A stretch of 64,000 nt of DNA, taken from positions 19,019,028 through 19,083,027 of the forward strand of contig CM082576.2 in the NCBI GenBank assembly GCA_040954595.2, in the 5' to 3' direction. A program made the position numbers and the translations under genes. Positions 1-12,359 of this stretch are shown one piece after another. The stretch is from Balanoglossus misakiensis (Eukaryota > Animalia > Hemichordata). Under the pieces are notes generated by a model that was not told where the DNA came from, did not search any database, and saw nothing but the letters and a program-made list of their open reading frames with translations. Within the stretch, counting starts at the first letter, position 1. Each line of letters begins with the position of its first letter.

Positions 1-494
1 AAACTGACTATAATGAACAGGAGACTGTTCATGCCTTTATTACCATTGTAACTTCTATATACTAAATGAAACACAGATGCCCAAAGAAATGTCAAAAATT
101 TCTCAAGGTATGCGGGAATTTTCAAATATTCCAGACAGTCGAGTGTTGGGGATTTGGAATATTTATCACTCTCATTTACTGTATACAGACATATCCATTC
201 CAAAGCTATCACCTCCACTCATTCTTCAGTGTTCCTTGATTTAAAAAAAAATAATTTCGAAACAGATCAAATAACACGAAATTGTTATTCCAGTGTAGTA
301 ACAGAATATACTCGGTCTGTACTAATTCTTGCATTAGCTTTACATTGTTTCCATCACAATGCCCTATTTCAATATAACCATATTTGTATGCCGGGCGGAT
401 GTAACTAGTTGTCAGTGTCTATTGTAATACAAAGTCTGCCATACACAAAGCAACTGTGCATTGTCTTCTGGTGTGAAAAAAAGATACTTAGGAT

Positions 495-706
495 GTATGT
501 AAAATGGGAAATTTTCATGAGAGATAAATTCGCCCGAATCATGCAAGTGCTAAAAAAACACGAAAACTAAAAAGTCGCGTAAACATGTTTTTCAGAAATA
601 ATGATGAATTGAAATTCGAGAATGCGATAATTAATCGTTGCATAACAGTTGCCACATTTGATATTATGAAAATTTCCCGTTGAGAAAATTTCATGTTTTA
701 CAGTAT
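495..706. mobile_element. Degenerate small MITE-like element (TACTGTAAAA...TTTTACAGTA type); second copy at ~2960-3171
   Basis: Ends tgtaaaatgggaaattttc...aaatttcatgttttacagta; same architecture as the element at 62577-62787. Confidence 0.5.
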
Positions 707-2190
707 ATAGCCATATTTTTTCCACTTCCAAAACTAACATCAAGAGTCATGCATGCCACTGGCCCAATAAAGCCTGATAGCTCTTGCTGGGAATTGTGAT
801 GTAACTAGCATCCCCCTTAAAGTCACTGACATTAACTGAACAATGGCGATTGTGTGTAAGGTTATAGTAAAGGCAAGGCTAATTTAAATTTAAAATGGTA
901 CCAATCCTTAATCACACATATGTATCCTTTGACCAATCATTGGAAAAACAAAGTCCGTGATTGACTTCAAAGGGATGCTAATTACATCACGATTCCCTGC
1001 AAGGGATATTATGCTTTATTTGGCCAGTGGCATGCATAGTTTTTTGAAAGCAAAGCAGATAAAATACAGCTATATACTAGACTAATACCTTATTAACTCC
1101 TGATCATTGGAGAATGTATCTCTAAAGTTACTCTCTATCGCTCCCTCAGGGAAGAGAGCAGTAGACAGCTCTTTGAGTGTCAGAACTTCCAGTTGTATAC
1201 CAATCATTTGTATTACCCAATCACAGACTTTGTGTTATTGGTCATTTATCTATCCAATTGAAACTCATGTGTTCATTGGAGCATTACACCAAAGAAGTCA
1301 CACTATAACAGTGACAATACAACACTTGCAAAAACATGGATTGCTCAGGTCAGCCTATCTGGTGTGGAAGCACTGATGATAAACTGTGGCAGACAGTTTT
1401 AAATGACGACAATCATCTTACTCTTATGTACATATGCGTTAATTTTGTGTGTACAAAATAACGTCCAATCCAAATATCTGCAAATTTTATGTGCGTGCAT
1501 TCATATAGTGGACTGCCTTCGCTTCCTTCTATATTTCTTGCACGCCATATAAGAAGAATTTAGTTTTGACTCTTCTTTTCACTCAATTTGCTGTCTTTTC
1601 CTAATCTATGACACAGACTATGGTTGCCGCCACCTTGTCTGTTGTTAAGACAGCACTTGTGGCATAGATAAAAAAATTATAACTAGAGTCTCTGCTTTGG
1701 CAAGTGTGCGTTAGACGATCAATACCCTTTAACAAAACTCTGCTTAGAATTCAAATCATATTCTTTTCAAAATGTCAGCATCTGATTACATAGTGAATTA
1801 AAGCTGCAAGCAGTGTTCACTAGGCCCAAGCAATTCCCAGGGTTCCTACAGAATGCCAAGGATTATCTGCTGTGGATACCCACAATTTTGTCAAAAAGTT
1901 TTGATCCTAAACTGATCTATGTCCTACAAAATCGAAACTTCTAGATCTATTGGTTAGCCTAGAATTAGGAGTGTACATAATTAATTAGGTCAACAGGGGT
2001 CCTGAAACTAACCATCAAATTTTAGACACAGCTTAAATCAATTTCCCATTGTACAGTTACTATATGCCGCCCTAAATTTCAGTCTGATTGACAAATGTGA
2101 AGAAAATTAAAAAGAGATGTCGTCTGATACATTGCCATTTTCTGTGAAGTGACTTTAAAAGAAAACTGTTTTGTTTGTATTCAACTGCAG

Positions 2191-2455
2191 CAGCAACAAC
2201 AAGCCAGCAGAACACAAGCAACCATTCCACCACCAAAACAACAAACAGCAGCAACAAAACAAACATGGCAACAACAACAACAACAGCAGCAGTTATCACA
2301 ACAACAACAACAACAGCTGTAACTAGGACAACAGCCAAGGCCGCGACCAAAGGTACCTCAGATGGGCTTGGCACCCAGCTTGCAACAAACACAGCAACAA
2401 TCAAGTACTCTGCTGGCTGATGACCGGAGATTTTTTGATATTCTGAATCAATAAA
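2191..2455 (+). pseudogene. CAA/CAG-rich exon-like remnant (poly-Gln/Pro frame with TAA stops, or Thr-rich mucin-like frame)
   Basis: Acceptor-like ttgtttgtattcaactgcag ending 2190. One frame reads QQQ..TIPPPKQQ..QQL*LGQQPRPRPKVPQMG..; another reads AATTSQQNTSNHSTTKTTNSSNKT.. with a possible donor AAG|gtacct at 2352/2353. Confidence 0.4.
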
Positions 2456-4497
2456 TTTATACAGGAAACTGACTATAATGAACAGGAGACTGTTCATGCC
2501 TTTATTACCATTGTAACTTCTATATACTAAATGAAACACAGATGCCCAAAGAAATGTCAAAAATTTCTCAAGGTATGCAGGAATTTTCAAATATTCCAAA
2601 CAGTCGAGTGTTGGGGATTTGGAATATTTATCACTCTCATTTACTGTATACAGACATATCCATTCCAAAGCTATCACCTCCACTCATTCTTCAGTGTTCC
2701 TTGATTTAAAAAAAAATAATTTCGAAACAGATCAAATAACACGAAATTGTTATTCCAGTGTAGTAACAGAATATACTCGGTCTGTACTAATTCTTGCATT
2801 AGCTTTACATTGTTTCCATCACAATGCCCTATTTCAATATAACCATATTTGTATGCCGGGCGGATGTAACTAGTTGTCAGTGTCTATTGTAATACAAAGT
2901 CTGCCATACACAAAGCAACTGTGCATTGTCTTCTGGTGTGAAAAAAAGATACTTAGGATGTATGTAAAATGGGAAATTTTCATGAGAGATAAATTCGCCC
3001 GAATCATGCAAGTGCTAAAAAAACACGAAAACTAAAAAGTCGCGTAAACATGTTTTTCAGAAATAATGATGAATTGAAATTCGAGAATGCGATAATTAAT
3101 CGTTGCATAACAGTTGCCACATTTGATATTATGAAAATTTCCCGTTGCGAAAATTTCATGTTTTACAGTATATAGCCATATTTTTTCCACTTCCAAAACT
3201 AACATCAAGAGTCATGCATGCCACTGGCCCAATAAAGCCTGATAGCTCTTGCTGGGAATTGTGATGTAACTAGCATCCCCCTTAAAGTCACTGACATTAA
3301 CTGAACAATGGCGATTGTGTGTAAGGTTATAGTAAAGGCAAGGCTAATTTAAATTTAAAATGGTACCAATCCTTAATCACACATATGTATCCTTTGACCA
3401 ATCATTGGAAAAACAAAGTCCGTGATTGACTTCAAAGGGATGCTAATTACATCACGATTCCCTGCAAGGGATATTATGCTTTATTTGGCCAGTGGCATGC
3501 ATAGTTTTTTGAAAGCAAAGCAGATAAAATACAGCTATATACTAGACTAATACCTTATTAACTCCTGATCATTGGAGAATGTATCTCTAAAGTTACTCTC
3601 TATCGCTCCCTCAGGGAAGAGAGCAGTAGACAGCTCTTTGAGTGTCAGAACTTCCAGTTGTATACCAATCATTTGTATTACCCAATCACAGACTTTGTGT
3701 TATTGGTCATTTATCTATCCAATTGAAACTCATGTGTTCATTGGAGCATTACACCAAAGAAGTCACACTATAACAGTGACAATACAACACTTGCAAAAAC
3801 ATGGATTGCTCAGGTCAGCCTATCTGGTTCCAGATTATCTGTGACCCAACTAATGCAGCTATAATGAATGTGTTTGGTTATATACAGAGATTTGTAGATT
3901 GTATAAGACGTGTTAATATCACACTCTAGCATGGGGCAATGTATATTTATCTTGTGAAAGCCACAAAGTCACTAGCTCTTGATGTTCATTTTCTATTTTT
4001 GTTGTTGAATAATTTATTATGAAATTAGATTGAAGCTGAACTCACGACATATGTGTGGACATAACACGTTTATACGTCCATGTCATAATTTTTGTTAAAG
4101 CCAAACAATTAAATATCACCATTATAACAAAATTAACAACAATGTAACCCCGGGGCTGTCACTTTTTTGAATGGATACCGATCCAGAGTTAATGTTTCAT
4201 TGGAAAGTCTAACAGTGTTTTGAAATGTCACATTGTAATTTGAAAGTTTGGGCTTGGGCAGTGACAATGACATTGTTTGTGTACACAATTTGAAATGGAG
4301 CTCTATGAAAAGAGAAAAGTGGTGTGTGGAAAAGAATGAAGTCTTTGGGCTTATATCAGGTGCCTTCATTTGACTCTCAAGGAGAGTTTTGTAAAACAAT
4401 TAACTTGTTGTGTGTCAGCATTATTGGGAAAGATTAAGCACACACATGTATACAGGTTAGATTATAATGGAAAATCACCATCAGCCTTTTTTCTTAG

Positions 4498-4594
4498 CAC
4501 ACTCACCTTTCACCCCCAGTTCCCTGTGTAGACATCCAACTTTTCCAACAGAAACAATGGATTTGGACAGAACCATTAGTTCATTTGAATACCG
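4498..4594 (+). other. Possible isolated exon
   Basis: ttttttcttag| acceptor and |gtatgt donor around an open frame (HSPFTPSSLCRHPTFPTETMDLDRTISSFEY); product unidentified. Confidence 0.25.
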
Positions 4595-5492
4595 GTATGT
4601 ATGTAATATGTGTATTTATAACATACATCATGCTAACACTGTGTCATGATTCACCAGAATCCGTCACGTGATAAGAAAATAGAATCGACTATGAATCCTC
4701 TAGGGAAATAGCAGAAAATATATAAACTGGTCACGTGACCAACAGGATATAAAAGAATCCCATGCATATACTTTGTCAGTTCACCTCTGTAGCCAGACTG
4801 GCCATACGTATGAACTGATGATGTCCCTGTTATAGGCATATGTCTTGTGAAACATATAAACCACTTTGGTGTGTTTTGTGTTTGGTGAACAGCGTGACAA
4901 GCATGTTAGAATCAAACTATTACATGCATGTTAAGAAATATAGTCTGTTATATGGAAGTGACCATAGTTGCCATATTATTAAAATCACATTTTTAATATC
5001 AATATTCACATGTCATTGCTTTCTACGTTTCTTGAATTTCCTATCATTTTATGTTAACAAAAACAAGAGCCTTCTGTGACAACTTTCGAAAATATTTCAT
5101 GTAATCAGCCATTCATTTTATGTGTGTGTGAATAATGACCCCATGAGGCTGTAGAATCATGTATAGTGCTGAAGGGGACGCCATCCATAGCTTTCATATT
5201 GCATAAGATGCTAAGTTGGTATTTTCCACATATTGCTTTTTTGTACTGAGAGTTCTGTATGTTACGCAGTCCTTAAGAAGAGCTTTTGACAAACATTTCA
5301 TTGTACTTTCAAGACTGCTACAGTATTTAGATATTATATGCAGTATTAGGAAGAAATATCTTTAATATTTTTATTCTAACAATTTTCCCATCATGCTAAA
5401 CAAGTAGACAGAAATGTCATGTTAGGATTTTTGCATACATAAAATAAATATTCTGACAAAATAAGTGCTTTTGTCTGTCTCTTTGATTTCAG

Positions 5493-5560
5493 GTGAGGAT
5501 CAGTATTTGTTGTTGCTTTTTCCAGCGTAGATTCCAATCAGAAGACAATTGTGATGAACA
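5493..5560 (+). other. Possible isolated exon
   Basis: Strong acceptor ctctttgatttcag| and donor |gtatgt; open frame (G)EDQYLLLLFSSVDSNQKTIVMN; product unidentified. Confidence 0.25.
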
Positions 5561-5577
5561 GTATGTTCTGTTTGATT

Positions 5578-5970
5578 GGGACCTTATGAGATTGGTTGCA
5601 TCTGTATGGATGTATGGGTGTATGTCCGTCCACATCAAAAACTTGAAAACCGCTGCGCGTACAACCTCGATATTTGTTGTGTAGATGCATACCGGGCTGT
5701 AGATGGGAGTTTGTTCAAACAAAGTTGTCATTGCCCAAAATATGTAAATTATCAGGGAAAAACCTAAATTTGGTCAAAACTCAGAAAATCAACAACCACT
5801 GGTCATAATGATTCTGTATGTTTTGAGCTAATACTGTGAATTTTCCATTTTTTATGCATATTTTGTCTTTTTCCACATATTTGGTAATAAAACCTACTTT
5901 CTGGAATTAATCAGCCCAGCGCTTTGAAATTTAGTATGGAGCTTCATATAGGTGATCTGAGATACTAAAG
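5578..5970 (+). mobile_element. Interspersed repeat copy; inverted copy at ~43690-44148
   Basis: tgggaccttat..gattggttgc.tctgtatg..aaaaacttgaaaaccg..gatgggagtttgttcaaac matches the reverse complement of ~43970-44148, and the similarity continues to ~43690. Confidence 0.8.
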
Positions 5971-8900
5971 TTTTGTTTAAATTGCTGCAAAATTTGCATA
6001 ATTATAATTTTGGAGCAATTTTTACATTTTTGATCATTTTTTTCCTGTAAAACCGCTCGTAAGATCGCTTTGGAAATTTGCATGCATGTTCAAATCAACT
6101 TGAAGAATTCAATAGTATATTTTTGTGGTGATTTTAACCATTTTTGTTCAAAATTCATTCTCAGAACCCTCTACTCCATTGCTTTCAAATTTGATTTAAA
6201 GGTTCCTTCCTGAGTTGTCATGATAATTTACAAAACCAATGATGAAAGTGTCAATCTTTTGTGTGGGCAATATCTTGTATTTTGGGGGCATATTTTCCAA
6301 TTTTGAAAAATTGCATTTCCCAGAAAGTGTAAGGCTGATTACTTTAAAATTTAAGTTAATAGGATTGGCTTATTTAGAATTATAATGGAATCAAATTATA
6401 GGTAATTCAAAACTGTTATATTTTGTAGGATATTTTGTTTTATCATACATGCAACGCCCGTATTTGGCACTTTCTATTGTTCTCGTCCCGAAGATATTTT
6501 ACGGTATTACACTGAGTGCAATATATCTTCACTCCGCGTCTCGAACTATTTTTGAGAACGCTCGGCACGACAGTTCGCTGCGCGTGCGAGCGACGTACGG
6601 GGCATAGGACGCTAGTGGAGAGCAGTGTTGTAAAATTCGGTTATTAGAAGCTATAATAATGTTTTCAAAGTTGGCTGTTTTGCCATGTTGAATGTATCAT
6701 TTTTACTTCTTCGAAATTCTCAATGCAAAATAATTGTTAACATGATAGTTTGAAAGAGAACGTAGACAATTTTATTTTGAATGCGGATGTGCCCATCGTA
6801 GTGAAAGCTGCCAACCCCCTTAAAATGATACTACGGCCCACACGTCATACGTCACAACATGGCTACTGCCGTGATCCCAGGGCGCCTGTTCAAATTTGAA
6901 ATTGTTTTTCTCGGCGCATTTTCGCAAATCGTACTGTTTTATAGGTAGGCATGTATGATAAAGGGGTTATTACACGAATTTTGGTCGATAACGCGACGCA
7001 TTCTCGTGATGTCCGTATTTTGATGAGTTGCAAAGCAACGAGTCAAAATACGGACCCCTAAATATACAACAAAACATTTTATCTCCGCGACCAGCTGTTC
7101 AATTTGGTGCATGGACAGTGTTGGACTCATGATCTGTCTATGTTTAGAAAATTTGATCAAATTCATGATGACTTGGATTGAATTGAATCAATGTTTATTC
7201 GCTCTAGGAACACTTTATTGACTACAAACTTTTGTTTTGTTGTTTGTTGGATGGGTAAAATTTAAGACCTCTCGGCCAACGCGGAGCAGAGTTTAATTAG
7301 TTTGAAGTTGTGAAAATCGACGAAACAGAGCGAAAAAACGGCAATTTGCGCTGTCGGCACATTTCTTCTGCCTCGATTTATCGACACCAGGACCTCCCCC
7401 CCCCAAAAAAAATATATCAATTATGGATCATCAAATAACTAGACTGCATCGTCCATGAAATCAAACTCGACGACAAAAAAACTTCGCCGATTCCGAGGTA
7501 AACGCATCCCGACAGGATAAGAACTCCGCTATGTGACATCATCTGATTTCTCTGTAAACATTGGTTGGTCGTTACTTCGGGAACGGCACTTAATCTTCTC
7601 GGTTGGGCCTTTAATTTCCATGACCCCGGTCGATTCGGCCAAGACGCAAACCGATTCTTCACTTTGCAGTTCAGTAAAGTTGGCGAACGGGATAGTCTGT
7701 TAATGGTGAATGCAGGCCTGTACGCAGTGCTAGCGAACGGGACAAATTGACATAATAAAAGCGAGTGTTGTCAGATTAGTGGGACTGTCATATCATGAAC
7801 ACAATACGGGAGGCGTGATAAGGGCATTATAAAGAGCGAGCGTGAAACTGACATGGAAACGATCGACAGTACGGTACAGCACAGTGGCTGTGGGTAGAGC
7901 GAGCATGTTGCTGTGCCGAACACATTTACCATGTTTGTTAAATACAAAACACACCGACTTGACCTGCGGCCGCAGCTGCAGCTTCCTAACGCGCCCTAAT
8001 CCAAGCAGTTTACGATCTCGTGGATCGTGGTTGGACTGACAAAATGACCCAGAAAGAGAACCACATTAGGAAGTATTATAGGTCTGTTTCCTCAAAGTCC
8101 AATAAGTGCAAAACTTAACGCACATCAAAATGTTGCCCAGACAACGGTAGTTAGCAGTTTGCTTGCTCGGTTTGAAATGCGCGGCTGTGGTAGAAAATTA
8201 CCCCCTGTTCTTTGGGACGTGAGCCACCCCCCTGAGACAATGGTGCACTCACACTCGAGAACATAGGTTTGCTATTTGCATATACAAATGGAATATTCCT
8301 TCGAATGCGAGCATGTTCCAGTGCGTTCTAAAATAATAAAATATGCAGCTATAGCATGTATGCATATTCATTGGTGTGTCGTAATGCTAACTTTGGTCTG
8401 TGATTGGGTAACAAGTCCCACTCTCCATAACAACAGGTGATCATTGACCCGTTTCCGGTGTGTGACGTCGGGTTTCAATCACTTTCCTTCTTACTGCCGC
8501 GGGATCAAGACGTCTTTTCGGTAGGCTCATAATCCAGTCATTGCTTTTAGTACCATAGCCTATATAGCTACGTTACCGTCGCTCGATTGTTTTGTCTGGT
8601 ATTAGGTGATTTGCAGCTATCCGTTCAACACCTTGTAGTTGAACAGAAGTAGGTCTTATTCCAGAAAAAAATCCGAGCTACGGGCGTGCAGCTAGCCATG
8701 CCTCTCGGCCATTCTGTGTATGGCTTCGCTGCTGACCCTGAGGTCATAATCGAGAAAGTCTAGTCATATTCATAGGGCTATACTCTGTGAGAATTTTATT
8801 GCTAGGCCTCTTGCCTAAGCGCACGTAGAGCCAGTGTTTGCATTTTTTTTAATTTTACGGTTTAAACGTGGTTGGTGTATTTTCGCTTTTCTGTTTGTTT

Positions 8901-10276
8901 TTTCGTAACATTTTACTGTTTACATGTTGTTGGCGTATTTTCGTTTTTCTGGTGTGATTTCCACCTCACTGTTGGCATACTTAAACAATTATCCTAATTT
9001 TTATTGGGCAAACCGATAAAACCAGAACCACCACAAGTAAAGAAAATTGTAATCTGTTTGGTGATAACCCTTTTAGCTTTGAAAGATAACCGATTTGATG
9101 TTTTAGTAAAACCAAATTTTTGACCAGGGTGACAAGCATTTTTTTCTCCAAGAGTCGTGTTGCTTTGAAGCATACATTTGGATATATGGTCCCATTTGAT
9201 GAAAACCTGGTTGATGAAAAATGTGCATATTTATAATTTTGTAGAATTTTTTGTCTTTTTTGGTCAAAAATTGTTTTATCTAAAACTGCTTGTCAGATTG
9301 CTTTCAAATTTTGCAGGGTTGTTCCTTGGGAATAATTAAGTGAGATGTTTTAGAAAAATACTTGAAATTTGCATATTTGCGTTTTGTGTGTGATAGTTTT
9401 GGAATTTTTCATTAAAAATTATTTTCTTTCAAACTGATTGTCAGATTGCCTTGAGCTTTGGTAGGCATGTTCCCTGAAGCGATTGACGTAAGATATTGTA
9501 CAATTTTGGTGAAAATACTGATTTTTCTGAAACTGCATATGGGATTGCTTTGAAATTTGATAGGATTATTGCAATGGGTAACCCAAGTTTTGTCTGATTG
9601 TGTTGATTTCCCTATACTGAGACTCGCCAAGTACACTATATGTTTATATTACTAGAGAGTTCAGAATCCAATATGGCCCCCATACGAACTGGGACATACT
9701 GTGTAATCAGATTATTTTCTAAACTTGTCATATTTTAATTTCTCGATCTCACAAATAAAAATGACATGCCAAAAACTGAGTAACTTTCGTTTCTTCCCGC
9801 TTGGTGTCCATTAAAGTCTTTTTCCTCCCACTGGGAAAGTGGCTAGAGTCAATATGTGCATAATGGCAGCATTATATGGCACTGAATAAATGGCAGGGGT
9901 GTTTACATCTCCTAATTTGTTTTCACTTAAACCATTATAAATATCTAACAGTATATGATCATATTGTGTATGCAACTCGGAGATGTGTTTCACTTCAGGG
10001 TTGGAAGTTTGTTTAGTCAAGTCTGGGAAGTGACATGTCTTCAAAGTGACTGATGTTATCTGCTTAGAGCTGAATGCCCATTGGTGTTCTTTCCTAGGAA
10101 TACATTTTCTTTGCATTTCATAGACCTGTGTATAATTATAATTTCAGTTATATATTCTAATTTGCGTTTAGGTAGAGTATGCATGGAATTAAAATAATTA
10201 TTCTGTAATTACCCAACAAAAATGTTTGTCTTACAATTGTCTAGCAAGTGGATATTTTGATTGTTAATTTGCACAG

Positions 10277-10854
10277 GCAACGTTATGGAAGTAGCATAAA
10301 GAGTATTCAATAATATAGCAGACCTTCTAGCCAGAAAGAAGAGCTTAGAAGATTTATCAGCTCATAATATTCCTTTAACCAATGAACTTTATATGAACTT
10401 GCACACCTGCCTTCAAGATACAGGGATTAATGTTCAGGAAACCTTACCAGCTCTAGTACATTTATTTCAGCCAGAAATTGAATTACCAGATAAAAAAATC
10501 AGTAATTTTACAAAGATACAGTCAGAAAATAAATGGAGAAAGCCAGCAAGGAAGGCATAAAAGTGGAATACATGAAAGACACAGTTAGCTTAAACTACAT
10601 GTGTATGCAGTAAAAACTGTATGGTGCAAGGACGTTCATTTTTATGATTTATAGCCAGCCAGTCTTTCCATGCATATCATACCAAAATTAATATGAAAAT
10701 TGTGTAAATGTTAATAGACTACAAGGAAAGTACAAATACATGTAGAAATTACACTATCCAACTTTCTCCACTTTTGATATCTGCTCAACACAGGCAAGCA
10801 AAAGGGCCGATCTGAGAGTTTGACTTGAATGATGGCAATTTTTGCTGTCCAGAA
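10277..10854 (+). pseudogene. Two degenerate exon-like segments (10277-10560, 10794-10854)
   Basis: Acceptor ttgcacag| then a ~94-codon protein-like frame NVMEVA*RVFNNIADLLARKKSLEDL..LVHLFQPEIELPDKK..RKA* with one internal TAA; the next segment reads KGPI*EFDLNDGNFCCPE|gtaact. Confidence 0.35.
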
Positions 10855-11464
10855 GTAACTGTATAAAATATTTTTTGGTAGTAGTATTATTGCTCAAAAT
10901 ACACAAGAATTTAAATATCTCCGCTCGCTACAGTGATTGAACTGATTTTCAGCAAATTGCAGTGTATAAATAAACATTGCCATCTAATGAAATATCAATC
11001 CAATATGGCCGCCCATTTGCAATGGTAAAATGCTAGGTTTTTCCTTTTTTGAGCGCCTGGGAATTTAAATTATAATCCAGATATCAAACACTTAAGTCAC
11101 TATCTGTATCTGCACATATATTGTAATATATTCTGAAAATTTCGTTACAATTAGATCAACTATGATTGAGACACGGAACATCAAACATTGCAAAATTTCA
11201 TATTTCCCATGGTGCCATGCAAAAAATAGAGAGATTTTCTTTACAAGTTTAGATGATCTCCTGTAAAACTGAAAGAAGTATTCTTCTGTGAATCGTGCAT
11301 AATTTTTTGAAAAATGTTGAAGGTACTTGAGAATATCAGTATTTTTTTATGCTTTTGTACCTTGAAAACTGGTGAACCGATTTTGATAATTTTCTTTATT
11401 ATAACCTACAAAGACCTATAAACATTTTTTATCAGTAAAATAAACAGCCTTATATAATTTTACT

Positions 11465-12153
11465 GGTCCAGCTGTTACAGAGACCACTGGCTATTTTATT
11501 ATAAACTGGTGGTAGGTCAGTGAATGCCTCTGTCTGATTGGACTAATTAGCTTGTCATACTCGCATGTATTTTTAAAGACAGTTTTTGGACAACAATCAG
11601 CTGTGGTCCAGCTGTTACAGAGACCTCCGGCTATTTATTATAAACTGGTGGTAGGTCAGTAAATGCCTCTGTCTGATTGGACTAATTAGCTTGTCATACT
11701 CGCATGTATTTTACAGACAGTTTTTGGACAAAAATCAGTTGTGGTCCAGCTGTTACAGAGACCACCGGCTATTTTATTATAAACTGGTGGTAGGTCAGTG
11801 AATGCCTCTGTCTGATAGGACTAATTAGCTTGTCATACTCGCATGTATTTTACAGACAATTTTTGGACAAAAATAAGTTGTGGTCCAGCTGTTACAGAGA
11901 CCACCGACTATTTTATTATAAACTGGTGGTAGGTCAGTGAATGCCCTTGTCTGATAGGACTAATTAGCTTGTCATACTCGCATGAATTTTACAGACAGTT
12001 TTTGGACAAAAATCAGCTGTAGTCCAGCTGTTACAGAGACCACCGGTTATTTTATTATAAACTGGTGGTAGGTCAGTGAATGCCTCTGTCTGATTGGACT
12101 AATTAGCTTGTCATACTCGCATGTATTTTACAGACAGTTTTTGGACAAAAATC
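11465..12153 (+). repeat. Minisatellite, ~139-bp unit x ~5
   Basis: ggtccagctgttacagagacc.. recurs at 11465, 11605, 11743, 11882 and 12021. Confidence 0.95.
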
Positions 12154-12359
12154 TGTTTTTTTAGTGCTGCTTGTAGGATTGCAGTGACACATAACACTTG
12201 ATTGGGCATAGTGAATTTTTTTATGTTTCCAAAGTATTTGAATATTTTTGCCATATATGCTTGCCAATGTCGCCCGTGATTTTAATTCTGGCGAATACCT
12301 AAAATCTGTGTAATCCCCAAATGGCACAACAGTATCCTATATGCTATGTTTTAAGAAGT

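Larger units (their letters stand above)
1..3828 (+). repeat. Near-perfect direct duplication, period 2465 bp (1-1363 = 2466-3828)
   Basis: Identical ORF pairs offset by 2465 (154/2619, 1107/3572); only about 3 substitutions seen; identity stops after ...cagcctatctggt. The unit probably extends upstream of the window. Confidence 0.95.

Noticed and set aside
2072-2683. 203-aa minus-strand membrane-like ORF
   Set aside because: The Val/Leu runs are the antisense of the CAA/CAG repeat.
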